Shown here: positions 21,535-30,510 of the stretch, piece after piece
How positions within the stretch are numbered: the stretch's first letter is position 1
Layout of the letters: every line of letters starts with the position of its first letter
NCBI GenBank assembly: GCA_902542505.1
Contig: CACBUI010000001.1
Location: 83-64,082 of the forward strand
DNA: 64,000 nucleotides
Direction of reading: 5' to 3'
From: an uncultured Alphaproteobacteria bacterium
Lineage (GTDB): Bacteria; Pseudomonadota; Alphaproteobacteria; HIMB59
Translations under genes and position numbers: made by a program
Notes under the pieces: generated by a model
What the model saw: the letters and a program-made list of their open reading frames with translations, nothing else
What the model was told of the DNA's origin: nothing
Database searches by the model: none

Positions 21535-22491
21535 ATGGAAAAATCTAAAAAAATACTAGTAAATATATTTCAAGAAACTACTAAAATTTTTTGGATTTTA
21601 TTCAAAGTTATTTTGCCCGTTGTCATTATAATTAGAATCCTTGAGCTAATTGGAGCAATCCCTTTTTTAGCTAAATTCCTTGAGCCATTAACAAGTTTTA
21701 TTGGCATTGATGGTTCATTAGGACTAGTTTGGATGGCTGCTATTTTAGTAAACATATATGCAGGCCTGGCTGCTTTTGCATCTCTTCAAGCAATATTCGA
21801 TTACACAATAGCTGAAACTACAATTTTAGGATTAATTATACTTATAGCACATAGTTTACCAATTGAAGTAGCTATTGCAAAAAAATCAAGAATTTCATGG
21901 GTATTTAATTTAACTTTTAGATTTGTAAATGCTGTAATTGCAGGAAAAATATTAAATTTAATTTTTACTAATTATAATTTATTTAATGAACCTAATAATT
22001 CAATCTTACAAGTGCCAATTAAAGATGTCTCAAATTTAGAGTGGGCTATTTCACAACTTCAAAATTTTTTCCTAATTTTTTTAATAATATTTTTTATTAT
22101 ATCGACAATTAATATCCTCAAAACAATTGGCATATGGAAATTTATAATTAATACTTTGAAAATTCCTTTGTCCTATTTGGGTATGTCAGAGAAAGTAGCT
22201 AATATAATTTTAATAGGCTTAACATTAGGAATTTCATTTGGAGGAGGTTTTTTAATAGAAGAGTCTAGAAAAAATAATATTTCGAAAAAAGATATTTTAC
22301 TGTCTTTGTCTTTTTTAAGTTTATGTCATAGCATAATAGAAGATACAATATTAATTTTGTTATTAGGTAGTCATATTTCTGGTATTTTATTTTTTAGATT
22401 TATTTATACCGTTATTGTAATTCTTATAATGAAAGTTTTATTAGAAACAAAAATGCAAAAATTTATACTGAGTAAAATTACATATGGATAA
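21535..22491 (+). CDS. Multi-pass membrane protein with nucleoside-recognition (gate)-like domains
   Basis: About 8 hydrophobic segments; AHSLPIE, GLTLGISFGGG, CHSIIEDT motifs. Confidence 0.7.
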   Translation: MEKSKKILVNIFQETTKIFWILFKVILPVVIIIRILELIGAIPFLAKFLEPLTSFIGIDGSLGLVWMAAILVNIYAGLAAFASLQAIFDYTIAETTILGLIILIAHSLPIEVAIAKKSRISWVFNLTFRFVNAVIAGKILNLIFTNYNLFNEPNNSILQVPIKDVSNLEWAISQLQNFFLIFLIIFFIISTINILKTIGIWKFIINTLKIPLSYLGMSEKVANIILIGLTLGISFGGGFLIEESRKNNISKKDILLSLSFLSLCHSIIEDTILILLLGSHISGILFFRFIYTVIVILIMKVLLETKMQKFILSKITYG

Positions 22492-23101
22492 TTATATTCA
22501 ATTTCCTCGTTACTCAATTTATCTAATACCAAATAAATTATTTATCGATCAAGTTGAGGAATTACTTTCAAAAAACAATGTTAAATATGACAACCTTGAA
22601 ATATCTCATTATGGCCTTCATTATACTGTCAAAGCTCCTTTTTATTTAAGCCATCTTTATAATGAGGAGGAACTTATTAATTCATTTCAAGAGTATTTTT
22701 TATCAAATCAGAATAGATCTTATAGAGAAGTATTTAATGTTTTAGGTTTAAAGAAAATTAAAAATGTTTTTGCTCTAGAAATGAATTCTAATGAAAAATT
22801 TAATTTTCTGTGCAATGATATAATGAGGTATTTTGATTTATATAGAAAAACCCTCAATCAACAAGAAGTTCAAAAAGATATTAAGCGTTTCAGTAAATTA
22901 ACTTCTTTAGAGATGGAATATTATTTAATATGGGGATATCCTTATTTATTTGAGTTTAACAATCACCATATCTCAGTATCAGATATCAAAAAAGAGATAA
23001 TATTTGATAACTCAATCAAATCTATGAATTACTCTAATATCAGCTTAATGAGACAAGATAGCATAAATAGTAAATTTATCACTATATGTAAAAGTGATTA
23101 G
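22484..23101 (+). CDS. DUF1045 family 2H-phosphoesterase-like protein
   Basis: RYSIY, YGLHYTVKAPF, WGYPYLFEFNNHHIS (two HxT/S motifs). Confidence 0.75.
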   Translation: MDNYIQFPRYSIYLIPNKLFIDQVEELLSKNNVKYDNLEISHYGLHYTVKAPFYLSHLYNEEELINSFQEYFLSNQNRSYREVFNVLGLKKIKNVFALEMNSNEKFNFLCNDIMRYFDLYRKTLNQQEVQKDIKRFSKLTSLEMEYYLIWGYPYLFEFNNHHISVSDIKKEIIFDNSIKSMNYSNISLMRQDSINSKFITICKSD

Positions 23102-23150
23102 TCTTAATGCTAAAATTATTTACACTACAGTAATAGTTAAATAATATATT

Positions 23151-24035
23151 TTGCTCATGGGAATTTATGTTAAAAAAAAGAAATTTAATATTTTAAACTT
23201 TTTTTTGATTTTTTTATTTTTAATTATAGTTCTTACAACTTTATATTTTTTTAACATTTTTTCAGAAAAAAAAATTTTTGATTTATCAAATATTGAAAAC
23301 ACACAGTTTGAAGAAGGACCAAATCAAATTATTGAACCAGATTTTAGCTCTTATTTAAAAAAAGAAGATGTAAATTTTGATGAGTATTTTACCAAAAAGG
23401 AATTTGATCAAAATATAAAAAAATTTATAGAGGAAAATCCTGATTATATCTTAGGTGTTCTTAGAGAATATCAATTAGAGCAGAATAAATTAGAACAAGA
23501 AAAAACTAATCAAAAAAATATCTCAAGTATAAAAAATTTAAATCTTGCATATCATCCTATGTACTTGGGCGACTCAAATTCCGCAAAAGTTATTTATGAA
23601 TTTGTAGACTATAATTGTGGTTATTGTCAAAAATTCCATCAAGAATTAATAAATGTAATGAAAGAAAATTCATTAAAACTTGTTATTATACAAATGCCAA
23701 TTTTAGGGAATTTTTCAGAGGAATTGACTAAGTTGGCATTAGCTTCTTCCTTGCAAGGTCAATTTAAGGTTGTCCATAATTATTTATATTCTAATGAGAG
23801 AAAATCTAAAATGGAGGATATTTTGGCCGACTTATTTCTAAGGGGCGTTGATCTTGACACACTAAAGAATGATTTAGACTCGCAAGAGGTATCAGACTTT
23901 CTATCTATTCATAGAAGTTACGCTGATGAATTTAAATTTACTGGAACACCTGCAACTATAATTGGAAATCAAATAATTCCAGGCTTTATCGACGCAGATA
24001 AAATTACTGAGATTTTGGAAAAAGAATTTTCTTGA
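23151..24035 (+). CDS. Membrane-anchored DsbA-family thiol:disulfide oxidoreductase
   Basis: FIEENPDYI, EFVDYNCGYC, GTPATIIG; exact start uncertain. Confidence 0.88.
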   Translation: MLMGIYVKKKKFNILNFFLIFLFLIIVLTTLYFFNIFSEKKIFDLSNIENTQFEEGPNQIIEPDFSSYLKKEDVNFDEYFTKKEFDQNIKKFIEENPDYILGVLREYQLEQNKLEQEKTNQKNISSIKNLNLAYHPMYLGDSNSAKVIYEFVDYNCGYCQKFHQELINVMKENSLKLVIIQMPILGNFSEELTKLALASSLQGQFKVVHNYLYSNERKSKMEDILADLFLRGVDLDTLKNDLDSQEVSDFLSIHRSYADEFKFTGTPATIIGNQIIPGFIDADKITEILEKEFS

Positions 24036-25561
24036 GCTCAATGAAAATCAGTAATTTTTCAAAGATTTCTTCAAATATTTTCGGATCTCGTGTAACCGGA
24101 TTTATTAGAGACATATTTTTTGCAAATTATTTAGGTGCCAATTTGATGTCAGATGCATTCCTTTTTGCTTATAGATTACCAAATTTATTTAGAAGAATTT
24201 TTGCTGAGGGCTCAATGAATAGTGTATTTGTTCCTTTGTATGTAAACCAAGAAAAAATGAATTCAAAATCAGCAAATGATTTTATATGGATAGTTTTCAA
24301 CTTTTTTTTTGTAATTACTTTATTTTTATCTTTTTTAATATTTTTTTTTACTGAGCAAGTCATATCAATTTTAGCACCAGGATTTTTATTAAATAAAAGT
24401 CAATTTTTATTAGCAAATCAATTATTGATTATAACTTTTCCTTTTTTGATATTTGTGACTCTGTCATCAGTGTTGAGTTCAGTTTTAAATGTTAAAGGAA
24501 AATTTTTTTTACCTTCCTTCTTATCAGTAATTCTTAACATTTTCATGATTGTAACTTTGGTGTCATTCAAGTCTAACTCTCATTTTGCACTCGCTTGGTC
24601 AATGATAATAGCTGGTTTCACTCAATTGATCCTTTTATTTATCAATTTAGGTACAATAAAAATATTTTGGGGTATAGGATTAAAGAGTATAAAAATCTTG
24701 TCTAGAGAGCTTAAAAAATTCTTTGGAAGATTTCTGTATTCTTTACTGGGTTCTGGTATTGTTCAATTAAATATTTTTATCTCAATGTTATTTGCTTCTT
24801 TAGTGGGTGGGGGGGCTATAAGCCAAATTTACTACGCTGATAGAATTATCGACTTACCATTTGCTCTTATTGCAGTTGCTATGTCTTTTACACTTTTGCC
24901 TTATTTGAGCAAAAATATCTTAGATGAGAGTAAAAATTCTATAGCTTTCAACGAAACAATAATATTTTGCTTTCTTTTTGCTATCCCAAGCGCATTTGGT
25001 ATTTTTATTCTGAGCGAGGATATTATAAGAGCATTATTTGGTAGGGGTGAATTTAATAATGAGGATGTGCTAATTACATCTAAGATTTTACTTGTCTACT
25101 CTTTTTCATTGCCAGGATATATGCTTGCTCGAATTTTTAATCAAGTCTTTTACTCTTATGAAAAAGTTGAGTATCCCGTAAAAGCAGCTGTCCCAACATT
25201 TATATGTAATTTTATTTTATGTTTTCTTCTTTATAGGCCTTTGGGTGTTTTGGGTTTAGCTATATCAGGTGCTTTGAGTATATGGTTAAATTTATTTATT
25301 CAAATTTTTTACTTAAGAAAAAACTTTATAAGTTTTTATGAAAAATTATTAATTTTTGATTTTAAAAAATTATTAAAGATTTTATTTAGTGCAATTATTA
25401 TGGTGATTTCAATATTAATATTTAAAAAAATTCTTGATTTGAATATATATGTAGATTTATTCATACAAATACTTATTGGTTTGATAATATATTTTTTGAT
25501 TTTAAATTGGCTTAAATTAACCGAAATAAAACTAGTATTTCAATTAAATAAATTTAATTAG
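24032..25561 (+). CDS. murJ: Lipid II flippase MurJ (MviN)
   Basis: SRVTGFIRD, PNLFRRIFAEG, YYADRIIDLP, RGEF. Confidence 0.95.
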   Translation: MSSMKISNFSKISSNIFGSRVTGFIRDIFFANYLGANLMSDAFLFAYRLPNLFRRIFAEGSMNSVFVPLYVNQEKMNSKSANDFIWIVFNFFFVITLFLSFLIFFFTEQVISILAPGFLLNKSQFLLANQLLIITFPFLIFVTLSSVLSSVLNVKGKFFLPSFLSVILNIFMIVTLVSFKSNSHFALAWSMIIAGFTQLILLFINLGTIKIFWGIGLKSIKILSRELKKFFGRFLYSLLGSGIVQLNIFISMLFASLVGGGAISQIYYADRIIDLPFALIAVAMSFTLLPYLSKNILDESKNSIAFNETIIFCFLFAIPSAFGIFILSEDIIRALFGRGEFNNEDVLITSKILLVYSFSLPGYMLARIFNQVFYSYEKVEYPVKAAVPTFICNFILCFLLYRPLGVLGLAISGALSIWLNLFIQIFYLRKNFISFYEKLLIFDFKKLLKILFSAIIMVISILIFKKILDLNIYVDLFIQILIGLIIYFLILNWLKLTEIKLVFQLNKFN

Positions 25562-25615
25562 GAATTTTATTTACTAATTTTTAATTTAATTTAAAAGTAT
25601 TTATCCCTATTTTAT

Positions 25616-25692
25616 GGGCGTGTAGCTCAGTTGGTTAGAGTACTTGCTCGACACGCAAGGGGTCACAGGTTCGAATCCTGTCACGCCCACCA
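25616..25692 (+). tRNA. tRNA-Val(GAC)
   Basis: Cloverleaf: GGGCGTG/CACGCCC acceptor stem, CTTGC/GCAAG anticodon stem, loop TC-GAC-AC (anticodon 25650-25652), GGTTCGAATCC T-arm, encoded CCA. Confidence 0.95.
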
Positions 25693-25728
25693 TTTACTTT
25701 TTAACTTGATGATGTATGATTAATTTGA

Positions 25729-26214
25729 ATGAATAAATATTTATTAAGCTTAATAATTTTTGTCCTTTCATCAAACATAACAATTAGTGCAACTAGTTAT
25801 TCTATCTTTGGAGGCACCTATGATTACGATGATGACAATACAACGAATTTATTTGGTCTAAATTATCATATATCTAATAGTGAAATAGATTTGATTAATA
25901 TTTTAACCATCAACCCAGTTGTTGGTGGTTTCATTACAGCTGAGAGCGCAACTATGTTTTATGGCGGGTTTGAAACAAATATTGGAGCAGACTCAATTTA
26001 TTTGAACCTCTCTTCGTCAGCAGGTATTTACAGTAATGGGGATGGTAAAGACTTAGGAAATGCACTCCAATTTAAATCTGAAGTAAATTTATTTTATAGC
26101 ATATCTAAAGAATCTAGATTTGGTATAGGATCTCATCACATTTCTAATGCAGGCTTAAATTCAGTAAATCCAGGTACAAATAATTATTACTTGATTTACA
26201 ATAGAAATTTCTAA
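25729..26214 (+). CDS. PagL-like lipid A 3-O-deacylase / acyloxyacyl hydrolase (outer-membrane barrel)
   Basis: Signal peptide; GDGKDLG..LQFKSE; HISNAGL..NPGTN catalytic His-Ser motif; terminal Phe. Confidence 0.8.
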   Translation: MNKYLLSLIIFVLSSNITISATSYSIFGGTYDYDDDNTTNLFGLNYHISNSEIDLINILTINPVVGGFITAESATMFYGGFETNIGADSIYLNLSSSAGIYSNGDGKDLGNALQFKSEVNLFYSISKESRFGIGSHHISNAGLNSVNPGTNNYYLIYNRNF

Positions 26215-26242
26215 AACTTTCAATAATTATCCAATTGTTAAT

Positions 26243-27130
26243 TTGCAAAATTCGTTTATTTTTAGCTCAATGACTAAAAATTTTTTAGCTTATTTACTGT
26301 TCTCAATCTTAATTGTAATAATACTTGTAATTGGATATGAGGAAATTAGATATTATTTTGATGCCAATCCTTACATAAATGGAATAATTCTCCTAACACT
26401 TATAATTGGTTTCCTCCTATACTCCTTTAAGATATTCACTTTAAGCTCTGAATTTAGATTCATGAATTCTGTTGCATTTGGAAAATTAAAACTAAACGAC
26501 TCATCTTTAAACAACTATCCAATAACAAAATCTATTGCAAATAATCTAGGTATAACAACCACTAACAAAAGTATAACTAAAACACTTGATGAGATACTAG
26601 ATGATCTTTTATCCACTGTTGAAAGTGGAAGTGACATATCAAAATATCTTATCAACTTAGCAATATTCTTAGGGCTTATAGGAACTTTTTATGGATTACT
26701 TTTAACAATAGGGAGTGTATCGAGTGTCATTGATAGTCTGTCAATTGAAGAACAAGACTTTGGAGCATTTTTTAATAATTTGAAAGATGGCTTAAAGTCA
26801 CCTTTATCTGGAATGACAATTGCCTTTAGCTCATCATTGTTCGGTTTAGTGACTTCCTTGATTTTAGGACTTTATGAAATTATCACAAGAGGAATTAAGC
26901 AGAATTACTATGAATTCTGTGAAAATCAAATTCGACTTTTTTATAGATCAAGCCCGAATACAAATAAATTTAATCAGAATTCCGATAGCACCAACTTATC
27001 TCAAAATATTGTTTCTAAGCTTGATGATTTGGTTGATGGTATAAAAAATTCTAATGACGATTTAAGGAAAGAAGTTATTACAGAACTTAAGTCTGTGAGC
27101 AAGTCCATCAAAGACTTAGACAAAAAGTGA
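26243..27130 (+). CDS. MotA/TolQ/ExbB proton-channel family protein
   Basis: Two N-terminal TMs, IFLGLIGTFYGL and GMTIAFSSSLFGL channel helices; start may be the ATG at 26270. Confidence 0.82.
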   Translation: MQNSFIFSSMTKNFLAYLLFSILIVIILVIGYEEIRYYFDANPYINGIILLTLIIGFLLYSFKIFTLSSEFRFMNSVAFGKLKLNDSSLNNYPITKSIANNLGITTTNKSITKTLDEILDDLLSTVESGSDISKYLINLAIFLGLIGTFYGLLLTIGSVSSVIDSLSIEEQDFGAFFNNLKDGLKSPLSGMTIAFSSSLFGLVTSLILGLYEIITRGIKQNYYEFCENQIRLFYRSSPNTNKFNQNSDSTNLSQNIVSKLDDLVDGIKNSNDDLRKEVITELKSVSKSIKDLDKK

Positions 27131-28410
27131 GTTATCTCTCTAAAACTCATAGTTCAGATAATGAAAATATAATTTGGCCTGGATTTGTAGATGTATTGGC
27201 ATCTACGTTGATGGTTATTATTTTTATAGTTTTACTATTCACTGTTGCTCAAGTTTATTTGGGAGATCTTGTTGTAGGAAAAAATGAACAAATACAAAGT
27301 TTAGAAAAGACAATTGTTATACAAGACGAAACTATTGTAGAACAAGATGTAACACTTACAGATAAAGAGATTGAATTAATTGATAGACAAAATCTTATAG
27401 AAAAACTTGATGAAGAGATATCTATTAAACAATCTCAAATTTTAGCTCAAGATACGATTATTCAAGACCAAGCACTTGATATAGATAAACTAAATACGAT
27501 AATTGCTAAAATTACTGATGAATTATCTTTATCTTTGTCTGACAGAGAGACTCTTCAACAAAATCTTTCTGAATTAAAAAAACAACAAGAAATATTAAAA
27601 TCAGATTTAATAAAACTTGGTGGAGAAAACAGTGAGCTAGTTGGACAAATTGGTGAGTCACAAAATAGAATCGAAAATCTTCTAGAATCATTAAGCTCCT
27701 CAGAGAATACAAATCAAGAATTACAAAACAAATTATCTAGTTTAGAGGAGGAGTCAGCAATACAATCAAGTGATTTAAATGAGGCTCTGAATTTGATATC
27801 TAATTTAGCCTTGGATATTGAGATACTTAGTAATGAAATTAATCTCTTAAATAATTTACTAGAGTCTAAAGAAGCTGAAATAGCTCAAAATGAGATTGAA
27901 CTTGGAGAGTTAGGAGATAAATTAAATAGAGTACTTACAAGTGAGTTATTCAAACTACAAAAGTATAAATCAGAATTTTTTGGCAAGTTATCTGAAGCTT
28001 TAGCTGATAGAGACGATATCCAAATTAAAGGGGATAGGTTTATTTTTCAATCTGAAATCTTATTTGACTCTGGAAGTGCAAATATTCAAGAAGAAGGAAG
28101 GATTGCTCTATCTCTTATTACTAAAACAATTATAGAAGTTGCAGATTCAATACCATCTGATTTAAATTGGATTCTACAAATAGACGGTCATACAGATAAA
28201 ATTCCTATTTCTACCTCTCAATTTCCATCAAATTGGGAACTATCTCACGCTAGAGCGCTAGAAGTCGTGAAATTTCTTATTCAACAAGGTATTCCTGCTA
28301 ACAAATTGTCAGCAAATGGTTATGGCGAATATCAACCTATTAACACAGGAGATACTAGAGATGACCTAAAAGAAAATCGAAGAATTGAATTAAAAATTAC
28401 TCAAAAGTAA
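27127..28410 (+). CDS. MotB/OmpA-like peptidoglycan-binding protein with long coiled coil
   Basis: WPGFVD TM with conserved Asp, about 220-aa heptad region, C-terminal LFDSGSA, DGHTD, NWELSHARA, NRRIE. Confidence 0.88.
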   Translation: MSYLSKTHSSDNENIIWPGFVDVLASTLMVIIFIVLLFTVAQVYLGDLVVGKNEQIQSLEKTIVIQDETIVEQDVTLTDKEIELIDRQNLIEKLDEEISIKQSQILAQDTIIQDQALDIDKLNTIIAKITDELSLSLSDRETLQQNLSELKKQQEILKSDLIKLGGENSELVGQIGESQNRIENLLESLSSSENTNQELQNKLSSLEEESAIQSSDLNEALNLISNLALDIEILSNEINLLNNLLESKEAEIAQNEIELGELGDKLNRVLTSELFKLQKYKSEFFGKLSEALADRDDIQIKGDRFIFQSEILFDSGSANIQEEGRIALSLITKTIIEVADSIPSDLNWILQIDGHTDKIPISTSQFPSNWELSHARALEVVKFLIQQGIPANKLSANGYGEYQPINTGDTRDDLKENRRIELKITQK

Positions 28411-28412
28411 AT

Positions 28413-28970
28413 TTATTCAATCCACATTTTGATAATCTTATCTGGATCATCTACCAGACCATTTTTTATGGGATCGCCTTTTTTGATTGCATCAACAAAC
28501 TCCATTCCTTCGATTACTTCGCCCCAAACAGTATATTGTCCGTCTAAGTGCGGAGTATCTCCGAAACAAATAAAAAATTGACTATCAGCGCTATTTGGAT
28601 CTTGTGCACGTGCCATACTTAAAGTTCCTCTTTTATGTGGCATGTCATTAAATTCTGCTTCAATATTATTACCAGAACCACCTGTACCAGCTCTTCTTAA
28701 ATCATAGTTATCTGAATTTGAATTACCAAACTGAACATCTCCTGTTTGGGCCATAAAACCATCAATTACTCTGTGAAAAACTACCCCATCGTAACTGCCT
28801 TTGGCAACTAGATTAGTTATTTGTTTAACATGCTTTGGAGCCTTATCTTCAAAAGTCTTTATTTTGACGATTCCGTCTTTAAGTTGTAGATTAATAACAT
28901 CCTCCTTAGAATATAAATTGCTAGAAAATAGTAAAAATGAAATTGAAAATAGTAATCTAATCAAACTCAT
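28413..28970 (-). CDS. Periplasmic cyclophilin-type peptidyl-prolyl isomerase
   Basis: Signal peptide; FHRVIDGFMAQTGD, SMARAQDPNSADSQFFI, LDGQYTVWG. Confidence 0.95.
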   Translation of the reverse strand: MSLIRLLFSISFLLFSSNLYSKEDVINLQLKDGIVKIKTFEDKAPKHVKQITNLVAKGSYDGVVFHRVIDGFMAQTGDVQFGNSNSDNYDLRRAGTGGSGNNIEAEFNDMPHKRGTLSMARAQDPNSADSQFFICFGDTPHLDGQYTVWGEVIEGMEFVDAIKKGDPIKNGLVDDPDKIIKMWIE

Positions 28971-29005
28971 ACCATGAAATTAACATAGTTTACGGTCAAT
29001 AAAAT

Positions 29006-29422
29006 TTATTTATTTGATAAATCTGTCGCTATTGATTTTATTTTTTTTCTGAGCGAATTAAGGCCATTAGATCTTGATTGACCTAGATGATTAGAAAGAC
29101 CTATTTCTTCAAAAAAAGATAAGGGGTTATTGATTATAGTTTCAGGAGTTTCTTCATTATAAGCAAAATAAACTAAATAAAATAAACCTTTAACTATTAC
29201 AGAGTCACTTGAACCAGAAAGGTTAATTTTTCCATCAATAAATTTTGGCACCATCCATAGATTTGATGTACATCCTTGAACACGATATTCCTCAGTTTTA
29301 TAGTTATCTTCAAGATCCGGGAGTTTTTTTCCTAAATCTATAAGGTATTGATATTTATCTTCCCAATTATCAAAAAATGAGAAATCTTCTTTAATTTTGT
29401 TGATTTTTTCATGAATTAACAT
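29006..29422 (-). CDS. sufE: SufE family cysteine desulfuration protein
   Basis: WEDKYQYLIDLG, VQGCTSNLW, SDSVIVKG, SRSNGL. Confidence 0.92.
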   Translation of the reverse strand: MLIHEKINKIKEDFSFFDNWEDKYQYLIDLGKKLPDLEDNYKTEEYRVQGCTSNLWMVPKFIDGKINLSGSSDSVIVKGLFYLVYFAYNEETPETIINNPLSFFEEIGLSNHLGQSRSNGLNSLRKKIKSIATDLSNK

Positions 29423-29428
29423 AGATTT

Positions 29429-29456
29429 TTGCCTTATTATTTATAACTAATAAACT
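29429..29456 (+). promoter_or_regulatory. Putative sigma70 promoter for rpmJ (probably leaderless)
   Basis: TTGCCT-N16-TAAACT ending 5 nt before ATG 29462; no Shine-Dalgarno. Confidence 0.35.
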
Positions 29457-29461
29457 AAATT

Positions 29462-29587
29462 ATGAAAATTAAAAGTTCTCTTAAAACAGCTAAAACCAGA
29501 GATAAAAATAATCAACTGGTTAGAAGAAAGGGTAGGCTATACGTAATCAATAAAACCAACCCAAGAATGAAAGCCAGACAAGGCTAA
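29462..29587 (+). CDS. rpmJ: 50S ribosomal protein L36, Zn-free type B (41 aa)
   Basis: Manual translation [41 protein letters not shown]; missing from the ORF track. Confidence 0.96.
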   Translation: MKIKSSLKTAKTRDKNNQLVRRKGRLYVINKTNPRMKARQG

Positions 29588-29589
29588 AA

Positions 29590-30510
29590 TCAATCTAGAT
29601 ACTTCTCAACTTCCAACGCTGCCATACACCCCATACCTGCAGCGGTAACAGCTTGCCTATAAATCTTATCTCTAACATCCCCAGCAGCAAATACTCCTTC
29701 AATCGAGGTTTTTGTACTATCTGGATCTGTGATAATGTATCCACCATCATCCATTTTTAGTTGACCTTTAAATAATTGTGTAGCTGGATCATGACCTATC
29801 GCAATAAATACACCATCTATTTTGAGATTTGAAATTTTATTATCTTGTTTATTCAACAAGTCTATTGACTCTAAATCATCATTGCCATTAAATTTAGTTA
29901 CTTCACTATTCCAAATAAAATCTATTTTAGAATTTTGTTTTAATCGATCTTGTAATATTTTTTCAGCTCTTAATTTATCTCTTCTATGAACAAGATAAAC
30001 TTTTGTAGCAAACTTAGTTAAAAATAATGCTTCCTCGGCTGCACTATTTCCACCACCAATTACAGCAACCTCTTTATCCTTAAAGAAAAAACCATCACAA
30101 GTTGCGCAGGCAGATAGTCCATGACCTTGAAATTTAGCCTCATTTTCTAAACCAAGCCATCTTGCTTGTGCTCCTGTACTAATTATCACAGTTTTGGTAT
30201 TTAGAGTTGTGCCATTATCTAAATTTAATTTTTTAATTTTTTCGTTTAAAAAAACTTCTGTTACTTGTGAATTAATTATTTCAGTACCAACATGTGCGGC
30301 TTGCTTTTGCATTTGCTCCATTAACCAGGGACCTTGAATAGGATCTTCGTAACCCGGATAATTTTCTACATCAGTGGTTATGGTGAGTTGACCTCCAGGC
30401 TGAAAACCACTAACTAAAATAGGCTTTAAATTAGCCCTAGCAGCATATATTGCTGCAGTATATCCAGCAGGTCCTGAACCTATGATAATAACATTATTAA
30501 TATCAGCCAT
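29590..30510 (-). CDS. trxB: Thioredoxin reductase
   Basis: GSGPAGYTAA, SACATCDGFF, GGGNSAAEE, AAGDV..YRQAVTAAG. Confidence 0.98.
   Translation of the reverse strand: MADINNVIIIGSGPAGYTAAIYAARANLKPILVSGFQPGGQLTITTDVENYPGYEDPIQGPWLMEQMQKQAAHVGTEIINSQVTEVFLNEKIKKLNLDNGTTLNTKTVIISTGAQARWLGLENEAKFQGHGLSACATCDGFFFKDKEVAVIGGGNSAAEEALFLTKFATKVYLVHRRDKLRAEKILQDRLKQNSKIDFIWNSEVTKFNGNDDLESIDLLNKQDNKISNLKIDGVFIAIGHDPATQLFKGQLKMDDGGYIITDPDSTKTSIEGVFAAGDVRDKIYRQAVTAAGMGCMAALEVEKYLD

Noticed and set aside
25575-25600. TTAA repeats as a CtrA box
   Set aside because: Spacing is N6 rather than N7, and such strings are expected by chance at this AT content.
25616-28410. tRNA-anchored genomic island or Zorya defence system
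   Set aside because: No integrase, no duplicated tRNA 3' end seen, no ZorC/D/E genes, and the A subunit lacks the long ZorA tail.
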